Shown here: piece after piece, positions 24,921-37,269 of the stretch | Layout: each line of letters begins with the position of its first letter | How positions within the stretch are numbered: position 1 is the first letter of the stretch | Source: Octopus bimaculoides | Taxonomy: Eukaryota | Assembly (NCBI RefSeq): GCF_001194135.2 | Contig: NC_068992.1 | Span: 45,697,573-45,761,572 of the forward strand | Reading direction: 5' to 3' | DNA length: 64,000 nucleotides | Notes under the pieces: model-generated | Told to the model about the DNA's origin: nothing | The model's database searches: none | The model's input: the letters and a program-made list of their open reading frames with translations, nothing else | Program-made: the position numbers and the translations under genes

Positions 24921-25810
24921 TTCAGAAAGATAGATAGGTAGACTGACATATCATATTTTTGTATGTATGTATATAGTAGTATGTATATATGTACATGTAT
25001 CTATATGTGCGTGTGTACGTATACATAAATTTCAAAATTTATATATATACGGATAAGCGTATATAAATTCATATGTCCCTATGAGTATGTAATTGTCTGT
25101 ATGTATATGTGTATGTGTTTACTTTGCGTGTATATGTACGCGCTTAATGAAACTTACTGTATGTTAATTAAGAAAAAGATGTATAAAGATTGCTATTATA
25201 TATTCAAATATTGTGCGTTTGCAAGTATGCATATAGGTATGCGTGTTTATGTGTGTATATTTACTATGAAATGTATGCATATGTGGGTGTATATATTTTG
25301 CATATATAAGTATGTTTGTTTGTATGTGCGTGTATATGTGTGTGTATATAAATATATATGCACACACTATTTTGAATGCATATGCGAGAGCACATATATT
25401 TTGTATATAAAAACTGTTTAAAATGTATAATTTATATCTCTATATTAATCACTGTAATTGATCAGGCATCTTATTTTTCAATCAGCAAACACATATTCTT
25501 ATAGATTATATATTTATTTACTAAGCACAACTTCATCTTTTTAAAAATAATTTCGATTTTGATAACAAGATAACAACATTTGTAAATTGGATCACTTTTG
25601 AGTGTGTAAGTATGTGTGTATGTGGGGTGTGTGTGCGTGTGTGTCTGTGTGTGTATAAATAAAATATGAGTATTTTATATATATATATATATATATAAGC
25701 ATAAAATCTATACAAGATTTTATCAAGTAGCCAGCTGGCAAAACCAATTAAGGCAAAAATTAATACAAAGTATATAATTTGTTTCCATGTATATAAAATA
25801 CATTATAATA

Positions 25811-26029
25811 TCAAGGGCTATTACTATAAGTAACGCCACACGCTATAAGAGGACTCTAAAGTGAAACTACTTCAACAGATATACACACGCACAGAATTCG
25901 ACGGAATGAACATAGGAATATCTCCTCCATTCATTCCCTCGAATTAGGTGCGTGTGCGTATCTGTTGAAGTAGTTTGACTTTAGAGTCCTCTTGTAGCGT
26001 GTGGCGTTACTTATAGTAATAGCCCTTGA
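25811..26029. mobile_element. Fold-back MITE (Tc1/mariner-type, TA target duplication)
   Basis: 100-bp arms (25811-25910 and 25930-26029) with 7 mismatches and a 19-nt spacer. Termini TCAAGGG..CCCTTGA are flanked by TA on both sides (25809-25810, 26030-26031). Confidence 0.8.
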
Positions 26030-26102
26030 TATGATGATGATGATGAAAATAATAATGATAATAATAATAATAATAATAATAACAACAACAACAACAATAA
26101 CG

Positions 26103-26138
<36 letters not shown>

Positions 26139-26140
26139 TA
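26030..26140. repeat. (GAT)n/(TAA)n/(CAA)n trinucleotide microsatellite
   Basis: Direct inspection. Confidence 0.95.
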
Positions 26141-26479
26141 TGTAAATATATATATTTATCCCCCTTTTACCTTCTCTAATATGGAAAATGCTCTTCCTTC
26201 CTTCGTTCCAACCATTTATATTCCTGATGATTACTGACGAAATACAAACGCTACATCCAAGCGTAAGATTTGTGTTATTTAATTTCTGTATTTGAGATAT
26301 TTCTAATAGAAAATTCTTTACATGTCTATCTCTTTGGTCCATGAATCTTTATGAAATTGAAAAGACGCCTTCGCGATACAAGGAGTGTTTTACACCCGCT
26401 GGATCCCATCCCTCTTTAGGTCTTATCACAGACAAACATAGAAATAAAATTTAGGTGAAACAGAATGAATAGATAGCAA

Positions 26480-26600
26480 TACAAAGCTGTTACTTTATTT
26501 ATCGACTCTGAAATCGATGAAAGGCTAAGTTGACCTTTCCAGGATTTGAACTCAGAATGCCAAGAGCCGGAACGATTATGCCATAAAGCATTTTATTGAT
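26480..26600 (-). mobile_element. Diverged SINE family A fragment
   Basis: tttatcgactctgaaa..gatgaaaggctaagttgacct..ggatttgaactcagaatg matches the family A core. Confidence 0.6.
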
Positions 26601-27416
26601 AATCTGTCAACAGGTCGCTTTAGGTACAAGATTTGAATGTCGGCAATGCATACCAAGTCCTTATCGTTATAAATTTGTATGAAGCACTTATTCTTTAAGT
26701 ATTTCTTAATCAATACCAAGTTTGTCAACTTAAATCTATCGCATTAATCTCAACCAATACAGGTAATTCTGAAGAATTTAAGTTTTTGCCCTTTTCATCA
26801 GATGAGCAAATGTAATACAATATGTGATAAGTTTATAACATGGCATTTCTATAGTTTATCTCACATGTTAGCTAACTGCTTCATGCAAAATGAATGATAA
26901 TTCATATCATTACCTAATTAACATTCATTCAGTATCGTGTCGCTAATGATGTGTTACAATATTGTATTCAACGAAACGGTAGTAGGTGTTTAACAAATAA
27001 TGCATAAACAGAGACAAATTCATATTTTTCCTGAACGCCACTATACATACATATATATATTTTGTAAGGTATCGTACAAGAAAATGTATACCTTGCTTCA
27101 GCGATTGTTAGAAAATAATAGAGGTGCTAAAAGAAGCAGGAGAAGAAAACCACAACACATATTTTTCTCTTATTGCTGTGAATATATGACAGTTGCTTAC
27201 TATGGAAATACAATGTATATTATTTATTACGATAACAGCATAAATGAAACTTTAGCATTTTCGTGAATTTAATCCACTAAAATATGCAATCACAGCGAAC
27301 ATTCTGTTTGCTAATATTTTAGACACGTTATTCTTTGTTACTCTATTAATTCAGACTCATCCTTCATAAATTAACACTTAACTATTCTGCTTTTACAGAC
27401 ACAGGAATGGTATGTA

Positions 27417-27682
27417 TAGTGGCGTTCAGGTAATATGCTTCCATCTTTCTCTAACTTGCACCGAATCTTGTGGACAAAAGATCTTGCATCTTTCAGAAAA
27501 CGAGAAATTTCTAAACCACCATGCTTGGCCTCCAAAACCACAATCACAGCATGTCTTTTCATTTCAATAGTGAGCATAGGGCCTGTCATTGTTACTTTCT
27601 TAAATAAAAGTTCAATAAAAATTAGTCAAATAAAATGATGACTGAAAATGCACGTGTCCTCAAATACCGTCCGCACCCACTA
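27417..27682 (-). mobile_element. Internally deleted Tc1/mariner-superfamily element (transposase N-terminus only)
   Basis: ORF 27371-27589 contains MKRHAVIVVLEAKHGGLEISRFLKDARSFVHKIRCKLEKDG, an HTH-like N-terminus of the kind seen in Tc1/maT-like transposases. Both ends start with TA|TAGTGG reading inward (27415-27430, and 27667-27684 in reverse complement). Confidence 0.65.
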
Positions 27683-27742
27683 TAAATATATACAGTGAGA
27701 GAGAGAGAGAGAGAGAGAGAGGGAGTGAGAGTGCGTGTGATA

Positions 27743-27865
<123 letters not shown>

Positions 27866-28980
27866 GTAGGTAGATAGACAGATAGATGGATAGATAGATA
27901 TCGTTAAGAACTAGAGAAGTGACTGTGTTTATGTTTGTATGAATGTATGTATGTGTGGATGAATGATTGCATGTGTCAATGAATGTAAGTATGTATATAT
28001 GTATCTATGCAAGCATGTATATATGTATATCTGTGTGTGCATGTAGAGAAAATGTATGATAATGTAAAAAGATTGAATGAGAGAATTAAATAGGCTGAGA
28101 CAACAACAACAAAAAAAGAGAAACAAGGCCAACTGTAATTAAGAAGTGGGTGGATGGCATTAAGAGCAGGCATATGTCTAAATGGAGATATTGCATGAGA
28201 AAGTAGTAAAAGGTAAATCAGGGATTGCGGCCAGAGAAAAGAGATGTGTGACATGCAAGGATTAATGGATAACTGAATAGCCTAGCCATGTAAATAAGAT
28301 GTGACAATGAGAATAATGATGACATTAATGTTCGTAGTGGAGGTGGCAATGGTGATGATGCTGGTGGGGTTTTTGGTGAAATATGTTGAAGATACTGACG
28401 ACGATGGCGGATCGATAATAGATGGTTTGATGCAGATGGAAGATGTTGAGAGAGAATGAGTATAATAATCATGATGATGATGATTATGTTGATATTAGTT
28501 GTGGAGGATGGGGATAGTTTTGGATGTTTATGGGGCTTTTAGTGGTGGATGTGCTGCTGATAATAGTTATGATCACTGTCGTGATAGAAGAACACAAGGT
28601 GGGAACGGAGGTAATCATAGTATTTCTGTTGATGATGACATGATGACGATGATTGTAATGACAATGAACGTGAGTGTGACTATCAATATGAATTGCTCAA
28701 CAGGGAGAAAATACTTCAAAGGCATCACATGACAAAAGTAGGCAAAATACACGTGCTACCGCGTGTTTCTGTGGCACTTCCACCTCGACAGGCAACACCG
28801 AACACAACACTTGCTCGTATAACCATTTAATATACAGCGTCCCAAAAGTATCTACATTTCCTGCAAGATACTTTAAGGAAAACATTCCGTACTTTCTTTA
28901 TATTGTGTATTTGTTGTTCATTATTTATTTTCGTTTTATCCACATGAACATAGCTCTACATACATCTACAAATGTAATAT

Positions 28981-29430
28981 TTAGGCACATAATTAGTGCT
29001 GCATCTGATTTCAGAGTATGTTTCGGGTCTTAAAGCATGCACACTCAGCCTGGTGACCCGCCCTAGGTTTATCGAGCTTAGTTCTGTGTCCAAGCAGCAT
29101 TCTACCTACCGCACCCATCATCTCTTTTCAGCCCAAACCAACTAAATGCTTACGCAGCCGTATCGATATTGTTCTTGATATCTCTTTTTGTCATCCATCC
29201 TGCATTACTTAGGGTTCCGTAAGTGTTATTTTAGAACGACCAGTGAACTCTCGGCTTCCATCTTTCACTTTCAGATGGTTCTCCACCTATTCTCGAAGCA
29301 GTCTTCCACCAAATCCTGATACTTAACTTCTTTTTCTCTCTCTTGCACCGTCTCCATTCTCTCCTTACAGTTTTCTCTAACAGAATTTGCTACTGTGTTG
29401 CCTTAGAATGCCTTAGATTGGATATCAACA
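28981..29430 (-). mobile_element. 3' end of an R2-superfamily (Hero-like) non-LTR retrotransposon with restriction-like endonuclease, plus 3' UTR
   Basis: The minus strand reads DI..SKAF..CKERMETVQEREKEVKYQDLVEDC.ENRWR (cf. PDIV..ELTVPWEE.MEEA.ERK..KY.ELV..C...GW), VKDGSREFTGRS (cf. VEVGCRGF.GRS) and KNNIDTAA*AFSWFGLKRDD (cf. ...AE.AS.WLW.KR). The stop is at 29102-29104, followed by a structured UTR. Confidence 0.75.
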
Positions 29431-29804
29431 AGTTCGAGCATTGATTGAGTATTGCTTGCTTTTCATTTTCACAATATTTATTTTGTGTACTTTCAATGTC
29501 GAAATATCTCGCTTTAACAAGCTAAAATTTTTTCCTCAAATAGGTATATTCTTTCTGGTTCTGCGAGGCAGTTTGTCACATAACTAAGAGTGCCAGTAAT
29601 CAAAGGCATTAATCTCATGACATAATTATCTGAATTATCTTTAGATTTAATATCAGTCAGCACACGTCTGTTTGTCTGTGGATTTTTACTTTTTCTTCTC
29701 TTTCTCTGATGATTAGATCTGCTTTGTTGGATAAGATTTTAACGAGGTTTTGTCGGGAACTTTCACTAATATTCAATGGGAGAGTTGTGATATCGGTCTC
29801 GGGA

Positions 29805-29879
29805 GTAATATCAATGGTGATGGAGACGGTGATGTAGTGATGGTGGTCTTGTGGTGGTGGTGGTCATCATCCACGTGAT

Positions 29880-29967
<88 letters not shown>

Positions 29968-30240
29968 TTGATAATATTTGTAGGGTTTTTGGTGGCGGGG
30001 TGCCCGTTGCGCCGGCGCTATTTTACTTGTAGTAGTGTGGCTACTTGGTGATGATAGCGATTGACGGTTCTGATTTTAATGGGGTTAAGTGTGAATGGCG
30101 TTGGTGGTTGGACTGGTAATGGTGCTATATGATGAGGTGGTGGTAATATGAGAGGTGGTAATATGATGATGGCAGTGAAGGCGGTGGTGGTGGTGTTAGT
30201 CTTCACTTTGGTTGTTGTAATAGGTGTAGTGGCAGTAGAA
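29805..30240. repeat. Compound (GGT/GAT/TAT/TAG)n trinucleotide low-complexity tract
   Basis: Perfect (TAT)n(TAG)n core at ~29880-29968 with degenerate GGT-rich flanks. Confidence 0.9.
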
Positions 30241-30649
30241 ACGTCTTGATTATGACAGTACAGCGCCTCAAACTGCGTGTTGTGTTCTTTATAACCTCAC
30301 CAACAACTTGATAGATATTCCATTGTGATCGATCATTTTGCCATTATACACATATATAATCGTGTTTGTATGTGGGCGCACATATCTATCTAACGTACGT
30401 ATAAATGAGCATACGTAAATAAATATGAGCGTGTGTGTACAAGTATGTGCTTGCGTATATGTGTTTGTGTATGGATGTATGTGCATATCCATGTATGACA
30501 TTCTTGAGTGTATGTGTATATATCATATATATGTATACGCGTGCATATGTGTATGTGCTTGTGTATTTATGTGTTTGCATTTGGATGTATGTCCGTATAT
30601 ACGTGAGTGTGTACGTACATATATACACATATGTGAGTATGTGTGGGAG

Positions 30650-30705
<56 letters not shown>

Positions 30706-31269
30706 AATACACATGCACATTCATAAAGGTAGTTATGCGTGTGTGTGCGCGCGCCTGATATAAAGACAGAGACAGAGACAAAGAGAGAGAGAGAGCCAGA
30801 GATAACGAGAGAGAGAGAGAGAGAGTGAGAAATAGAGGAACAATGTGCGTATGTATACATACACGCTGATATAACAGTTGAGTGACTATTTTTTCTGCCA
30901 CACATAAAGGAACTACCTTGGTGATGCTACTGGTCCTGGAAGAAACTGCAGATACTAGCCAAAGAACCATTGAATCTTTGTGTGTTGTGTTGGCAAGAAA
31001 AAATCTGTAATTACGATTACATACATATGCAGTCTACATATTAAACAACACCTCACTAACTCTATTCTTTCTTTGGATAGATAGTCAATAAATTTCGGGG
31101 TGGGGTTATTTCTATCGCAAATACAAAAATGGAATGTAAAAAAATATAAAATAGGAAAATGGCAGGAAAATGGATAAAAAAAAAATACATAGAAGGACAG
31201 GAATGAATTTTCTAAAGAATTTTACTGACATTTCTAGATATAGCTATAATTAACATACGATATCAATGA

Positions 31270-31305
<36 letters not shown>

Positions 31306-32333
31306 NNNNNNNNNNNNNNNNNNNNNNNNNNNNNNNNNNNNNNNNNNNNNNNNNNNNNNNNNNNNNNNNNNNNNNNNNNNNNNNNNNNNNNNNNNNNNNN
31401 NNNNNNNNNNNNNNNNNNNNNNNNNNNNNNNNNNNNNNNNNNNNNNNNNNNNNNNNNNNNNNNNNNNNNNNNNNNNNNNNNNNNNNNNNNNNNNNNNNNN
31501 NNNNNNNNNNNNNNNNNNNNNNNNNNNNNNNNNNNNNNNNNATATATATATATATATATATGTATATGTATATATATATATATGTATATTGCTATGAAAA
31601 TAGTCCGGCAGTGACGTTAGAAAGATCGAAAAGACCCACCAACAGTTGCTATAGAAAATGAGAATATGCGGAATTAAACGGTAACTACTTGACGGTGTTT
31701 CCTCCATATAGAGTGTGGCTGTTATTTTATGGAGAGGGAAATGTTGTTTCTTATATTTTATTTGTTTATTTCAATATTTTGAAGTTGAATGTGGAATCCT
31801 CGTAATGTTTCGATTAAATACACATTAGCTAGAAGTATGTATGTTAATGAATTCTTGAAATAAAGATAATATATACATTATGCCTGGATATCAAACGACG
31901 AGGATTGGGAAAATATCAGTTCATGGATATATGAGAAAGTCGAATACAATGTGCTATTTTTAACGTTTGTTTAGTTATCGTTATATATATATAGTTATAC
32001 GTTTATATATACGAAGAGAAATTTTTCAGCTTTGCTTTTCTCCCCTGTTTTTTTTTTTTGTTTTTTTTTCCCCATTTCAAACGAATAGCTTGGATAGAAT
32101 AGTTTTTCGCCAGAAAAATATATTCTGTTTTTGACAACCAGTCGGTTCGTGCTAGAGTTAGAAAGAGACCTAGTGTTAGAAGGATACCTGTAGCCAAAAT
32201 AAAAGCATAAAACACATTTTTGGTGAGAGCATAAAAGTGCCAATAAGGTTTTCTATGTTTTGCAAATGGCACCAACTTTGTAAGGGGCAGGCATAGTGGA
32301 CTGAGTAATCTCCAATATAATTACTCGTCCTCC

Positions 32334-32546
32334 AAGGCAGCGAGCTGGCAGAATCTTTAGCACGCCGGGTAAAACGCTTAGCTGCATGCTGGCCATCTTT
32401 ACGTTCTGCGCCCAAAGTTTGTTGAGGTCGACTTTATCTTTCAGCCTTTTGGGGTTAATAAAATAAGTGCCAGTTGAACATTAAAGATGATGCAATCGAC
32501 TTGCCTCTCTCCCGAAATTGCTGACCTTTTGCCAAAATTTGAAACC
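32334..32546 (+). mobile_element. Full-length SINE family A copy
   Basis: ggcagcgagctggcagaatc.ttagcacgccggg..gaggtcgacttt.tctttcagcc..aataagtgccagt..gccaaaatttgaaacc. Confidence 0.85.
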
Positions 32547-32913
32547 GAAGGAAGAAATGTCAAATGAGTCTCAGTAGGATTTGGACCTCGAATGTAATAA
32601 TATTAAATTATATCGCTGTCGTATTTATTGTATCCATCAGATTCAAGAATAAGATCGTTTATATAGAGTCTGTCTTAGTATTGTTTGAATCAATGATTTT
32701 AAAACAATTAAGTTAGGGCTTTCTAATTTCAATTCTGTCCCTTACTCCCAAAGTATAGAAAATAATGTTTCTTTCTTTTCTTTTCTATTTAGATATATTC
32801 ATAAATAATGTTTGTGCGAATCAAGTGAAGCAACAAAGTCCTTATCGAATGCCAAATCAACCATGTTAGAGTTCAGGGTAGATCGAGAGACAAGGAAAAA
32901 TATTCTTTTCTAC

Positions 32914-33642
32914 TTTAGGCACAAGGCCCAAAATTGGCGGAGGGGGCCAGTCGATTAGATCGACCCCAATACGCAACTGGTACTTAATTTATCGATCCCG
33001 AATTGGTGAAAAGCAAAGACGACCTCGGCGGAATTTAAACCTAGAACGTAAAGGCAGACGAAATACCGCTAAGCATTTCGCCCGGCGTGCTAACGTTTCT
33101 TATTTCTTTATTGCCCAGAAGGGGCTAACCATAGAGGGGACAAACAAGGACAGACAATGGGATTACATGGATTACATCGACCCCAGTGTGTAACTGATAC
33201 TTAATTTATCGACCCCGAAAGGTAAAGTCGACCTCGGCGAAATTTGAACTCAGAACGTAACGGCAGACGAAATACCGCTAAGCATTTCGCCCGGCGTGCT
33301 AACGTTTCTGCCAGCTCGCCGCCTTAGACAANNNNNNNNNNNNNNNNNNNNNTAGAACGTAAAGGCAGACGAAATACCGCTAAGCATTTCGCCCGGCGTG
33401 CTAACGTTTCTTATTTCTTTATTGCCCAGAAGGGGCTAACCATAGAGGGGACAAACAAGGACAGACAATGGGATTACATGGATTACATCGACCCCAGTGT
33501 GTAACTGATACTTAATTTATCGACCCCGAAAGGTAAAGTCGACCTCGGCGAAATTTGAACTCAGAACGTAACGGCAGACGAAATACCGCTAAGCATTTCG
33601 CCCGGCGTGCTAACGTTTCTGCCAGCTCGCCGCCTTAGACAA
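32914..33642 (-). mobile_element. Tandem/nested SINE family A cluster, partly duplicated across a 21-N gap
   Basis: Copy 1 (32914-33100) lacks its first ~12 nt and is fused to the tail of copy 2 (33101-33326). 33042-33331 is repeated exactly at 33353-33642. Confidence 0.9.
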
Positions 33643-33664
33643 GGTAAAATATTACATATCTTTT

Positions 33665-34000
33665 GACTGATCTCGAAGAAAGACTTGAAGCTATGGCAAT
33701 GACTGGCCTTTCGTGGTTAGCAAGATGCACGGGGTTAACATTCTGCTGGAGGAATCAAGAAAAATATGTGCAGTAAGGAAAATCCAGATGGTCGTCGCTT
33801 GTTAAGATGATAGCTGGGATATAACTTCTTTGTATGTGACCTCAGTTTGTGAAACAACATGCGTGGCAGTTTGTGGAGTTTTGTGTAGGTCGACACTGCC
33901 TAAATTGGCATGAAACAACAGCAGGCACCCCCAAGAGAGAGATGCCCTACTAGTAACAGTAGAAATAGCAAAAAGAATGAAACAGCATATCTGTGGATAA
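33665..34000 (+). mobile_element. Possible second, highly decayed Hero-like REL endonuclease fragment
   Basis: Broken frames give TDLEERL, GLTFCWRNQEKYVQ*GKSRWSSLV (cf. ELTVPWEE..EEA..RK..KY..LV) and NETAYLWIRCR (cf. AS.WLWIRR) in the expected order, but at low identity. Confidence 0.4.
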
Positions 34001-34069
34001 GATGTCGATGTGAGGTGTGTTACTGAGCAGTCGATGTGGGGTGTGTCACTTTGGGATCAATATTGAATT

Positions 34070-34200
34070 GTGATTCTACTGAGGTCAATTTTGCTTTTTA
34101 TCCTTTCGAGGATAGATAAATACCACTTGAGCACTGGGGTTGATGTAACTGACTTACACACTACTCCAAAATTACTGGCCTTGAGTCAACATTTGAAACC
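34070..34200 (+). mobile_element. 3' half of a diverged SINE family A copy
   Basis: ctgaggtcaattttgctttttatcctttcgagg..gagcactggggttgatgtaactgactt..aaaattactggccttg..atttgaaacc. Confidence 0.7.
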
Positions 34201-35460
34201 AGCATTGAATTGTGTTTCTTGTGTGAGGATTTTGAAGTAAAAATAGTATGTTTGCAACTGAGAAATTTGTCAACACTATGTTTTAATTCACTTTTACCTT
34301 AATGTTATTTCCTAAATGGAAGATTGTTTTAATGTAAAAGAAACACCAGAGTATTTCTTTCACTTGCAGCATCTCCTTCATTATATTCTACGAGAAAATC
34401 CCATGTACAGAAACCATATAGTAGCAACTTATGAGGTCGAAAGTGTTTTCAGGTATTTGAATAAACTAAAACATTAATAGCATTCCATTTGCAGTTTTCG
34501 AAATATCGAATTCCTCAAGTGATATCACATTACTCTGAAGGTTACAAAAATGAGAGATAATTAAGCTAACTTAGATAGTTCTCTTAAGGAAAATCTTAAT
34601 GACTTGCATTTTAAAAATGCTTAGAAAAACTTACACACACACACACAAACAAACATCAATATATGCATATACATGTACCTGTGTATGTGTGTCTGCGTGC
34701 ATATGTATGTGTGTGCAAGTGCGAGTGAGTATTGAACTTAATCTAAAAACAACTATTTGTAACACGATGAAACACCTCTATAAACTGCCGGGTTAACGAA
34801 TATTCTTCCCCAAGTGTCTTAGACTTGTTAGAAAATATACTAAATATTTGCAAGAGGAATATTAATGGAAAACGTTTATAAAATAGTGAAGAAACGTTAT
34901 TTTAGAAGAAGACCGGTGACCATTGCAATGCTTGTTTATCGAACATAACGGAGTGAGCTTCATGATCACTTATACACGTGTAGTGATAGCATAGTTCTTA
35001 GAATCGAAGCAAGCAATAAAATCAACAAATTGGTGCTGATATAATTAGGTATTTAAATATGTTTGCATTCAGTTGCACTGCGTCCAATCGTGGACACATT
35101 TTCTACCATAGCCTCGATTTTACAAACGCCTTGTAAGTGATGCGGTAGGTGGAATTGTGCTGACGTATGTTAGAAGTTATTCCACCTTTCGATTTTACAA
35201 CAGTATATGGAATTTTAACAGTTCATTGCAAATATTTAGGCTATATTTTCGGTCTGAATGTAACTTTTTCCATTTGGAATCTTAAGAAAGAGCTACAGGT
35301 TTCTTCTTTCTTTCGCTAACGGACGTAAAAAAAAAAGAAACTTATACACCATTGGCTGCTGTAAAGCTATTTCCAATTCCAAGATATATAAGATCCCAGA
35401 GAATTCGACAAGACATGTAAACATGTGCGCATTCATCGAGAATTAGAGAAAGGTGGCGAT

Positions 35461-35955
35461 TAAAACTTTGCAAATAGAATTATAGGCCTTCACCATATAT
35501 TGACTACAGAAAATAGTCTAATATTAGGGCATATAAGCCCCAGTAGCGGAAGACAATGAACATTCGTACGTGTGGGAATCGAAACCATTCGTACTAAAAT
35601 CCAATTTTTCGTTACGGGTCATACATGCCCTAATATTTGTCTATTTTCTATAGTCAATATACAGTGAAAGCTTATAATTTTATTTGCAAAATTTTCACTC
35701 GACACTGTTTTATAATTGAAGCAGAATCCTCACATGTTTACATATTTACCGCTATGAAATCATAGTTCCTAAATCTAACGGGGAAAAAGGGTGGGTATAT
35801 TGGTGTAATCGGTCAGCGCACTTAAGGCGAAAATGAAAGGTGAAGGTTCGATTACCACGTGTATTAATGTATCCTTCTTTCCGTTACTGGGGCTCATATG
35901 CCTTAATATTAGACTATTTTCTACAGTCAATACATGGTGAAGTGTTATAAATTCT
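35461..35955. mobile_element. Three copies of a further tRNA-headed short repeat (family C): minus 35461-35590, plus 35608-35695, plus 35790-35955
   Basis: The third copy has A-box-like TGGTGTAATCGG (35801-35812) and B-box-like GGTTCGATTACC (35845-35856). Its body (ccgttactggggctcatatgccttaatattagactattttctacagtcaata) recurs at 35608-35695 and in reverse complement at 35461-35590. Confidence 0.65.
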
Positions 35956-36089
35956 CTTTAGTCTCTGTCAGTTTATGAAGGCCAACAAAAATTTAACGTT
36001 GATATTTCTTTGTCTAACTCCTCTATCTCTTATATCCTCTCTCTCTCTCTCTCTCTCTCTCTTCTTTTACGTGTATATATATGTATATA

Positions 36090-36133
<44 letters not shown>

Positions 36134-36589
36134 GGTGTGTGCGTGTACATACATCTGACCTTTAACATCTCGTACAATAGAAATACACGTTCGCTTACAA
36201 ATAACACAATGATAAAACGAATCTAAATCTCGATATAAAAGAGAATGATGACTGCCCTTAATAAATATACGATAGAGTTTTTTTTTTTTTTTCTTTACAC
36301 TTGCAGGCAGTCTTTACCAAGTAGAGTCTATTCCAAAGTATTATATATTCTTTAACAATAACATTTATAGAACAGAAACACAATGTGTTGTGTCAAATTT
36401 TTAGGACGTGGTCGGGGAAAACTTGTACGATATTATTTTATGTTTTGTGGTATCTTATAATTAGATATCAATGAAACTTATCACATGACTTTAGGGCCGA
36501 GAAAATAAGATTGTTCGTTATCAGCTGCTACATTAAATGCTTTAGTGTCAAAATTCGTTTTAATAACATCAAGACCAGCGGTTATATCT

Positions 36590-37260
36590 TTTATGGCGGA
36601 GTTGATGGGGGATGTTGGTGCTATTAGTTGTGGTAGATGAGACTGACACTAATTTAGTGCTTGGTAACGATGATGAGTGTGGTGGTGTTGGGGACAGCTT
36701 ATGTTAGATGTACGGCTTTCATTCAAAGTAGTAATCCTGATCATTGTGTTATTGTATGTATAGAGTGGAGGTGGTGGAAATAGACACGGTGCTGATGTTG
36801 GTGGTGGGGACAGTTGAGATGATTATGTACAGGTGGTGGTTGTGTGCTAGTGATGTTCGTAGTAGTGGTAATATCGTGGTAAGCGTTGTGATAGTCTAGT
36901 AGTCATGGTGGTGGTGGTGGTGGTGGTGGTAACGGTAGTGGGCGTAGTATTGTTGCTGCGATATACTGGTTGTGACTACGGAAGTGATTGCAGTAGGGTT
37001 GGTACTTGTGCTTGATGATTTTGGTGGCGACTGTATTGATGATGATGATGATGACGTTGATGATGACGATGGTCTCGGTGTTAATGTTATTGGCAAAGTG
37101 TTGCTTGATGCCTATATGTTGTGCTTCAGACTGCAATGTTGTGGTAATGTTGATGTCGAGAGTGGTGGTGTCGTTGGTGGTAATGTCAATGGTAGACCGG
37201 TTGCTGCTGTTGTTATTGTTGTTGCTAGTGGTGGTGATGGTGGTAGGGTTAGGACACTTT
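36590..37260. repeat. Degenerate GGT/GAT/GTT trinucleotide low-complexity tract
   Basis: Cryptic 3-nt periodicity that produces poly-V/D/T/H pseudo-ORFs. Confidence 0.85.
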
Positions 37261-37269
37261 ATGAATAAT

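Noticed and set aside
26224-26250. CTGATGA..GAAA hammerhead words 8 nt apart
   Set aside because: The intervening TTACTGAC cannot form stem II, and no stem I or III is present.
35790-35860. tRNA gene
   Set aside because: A- and B-box-like motifs are present, but no complete cloverleaf could be built and it continues into a repeated body, so it is treated as a SINE head.
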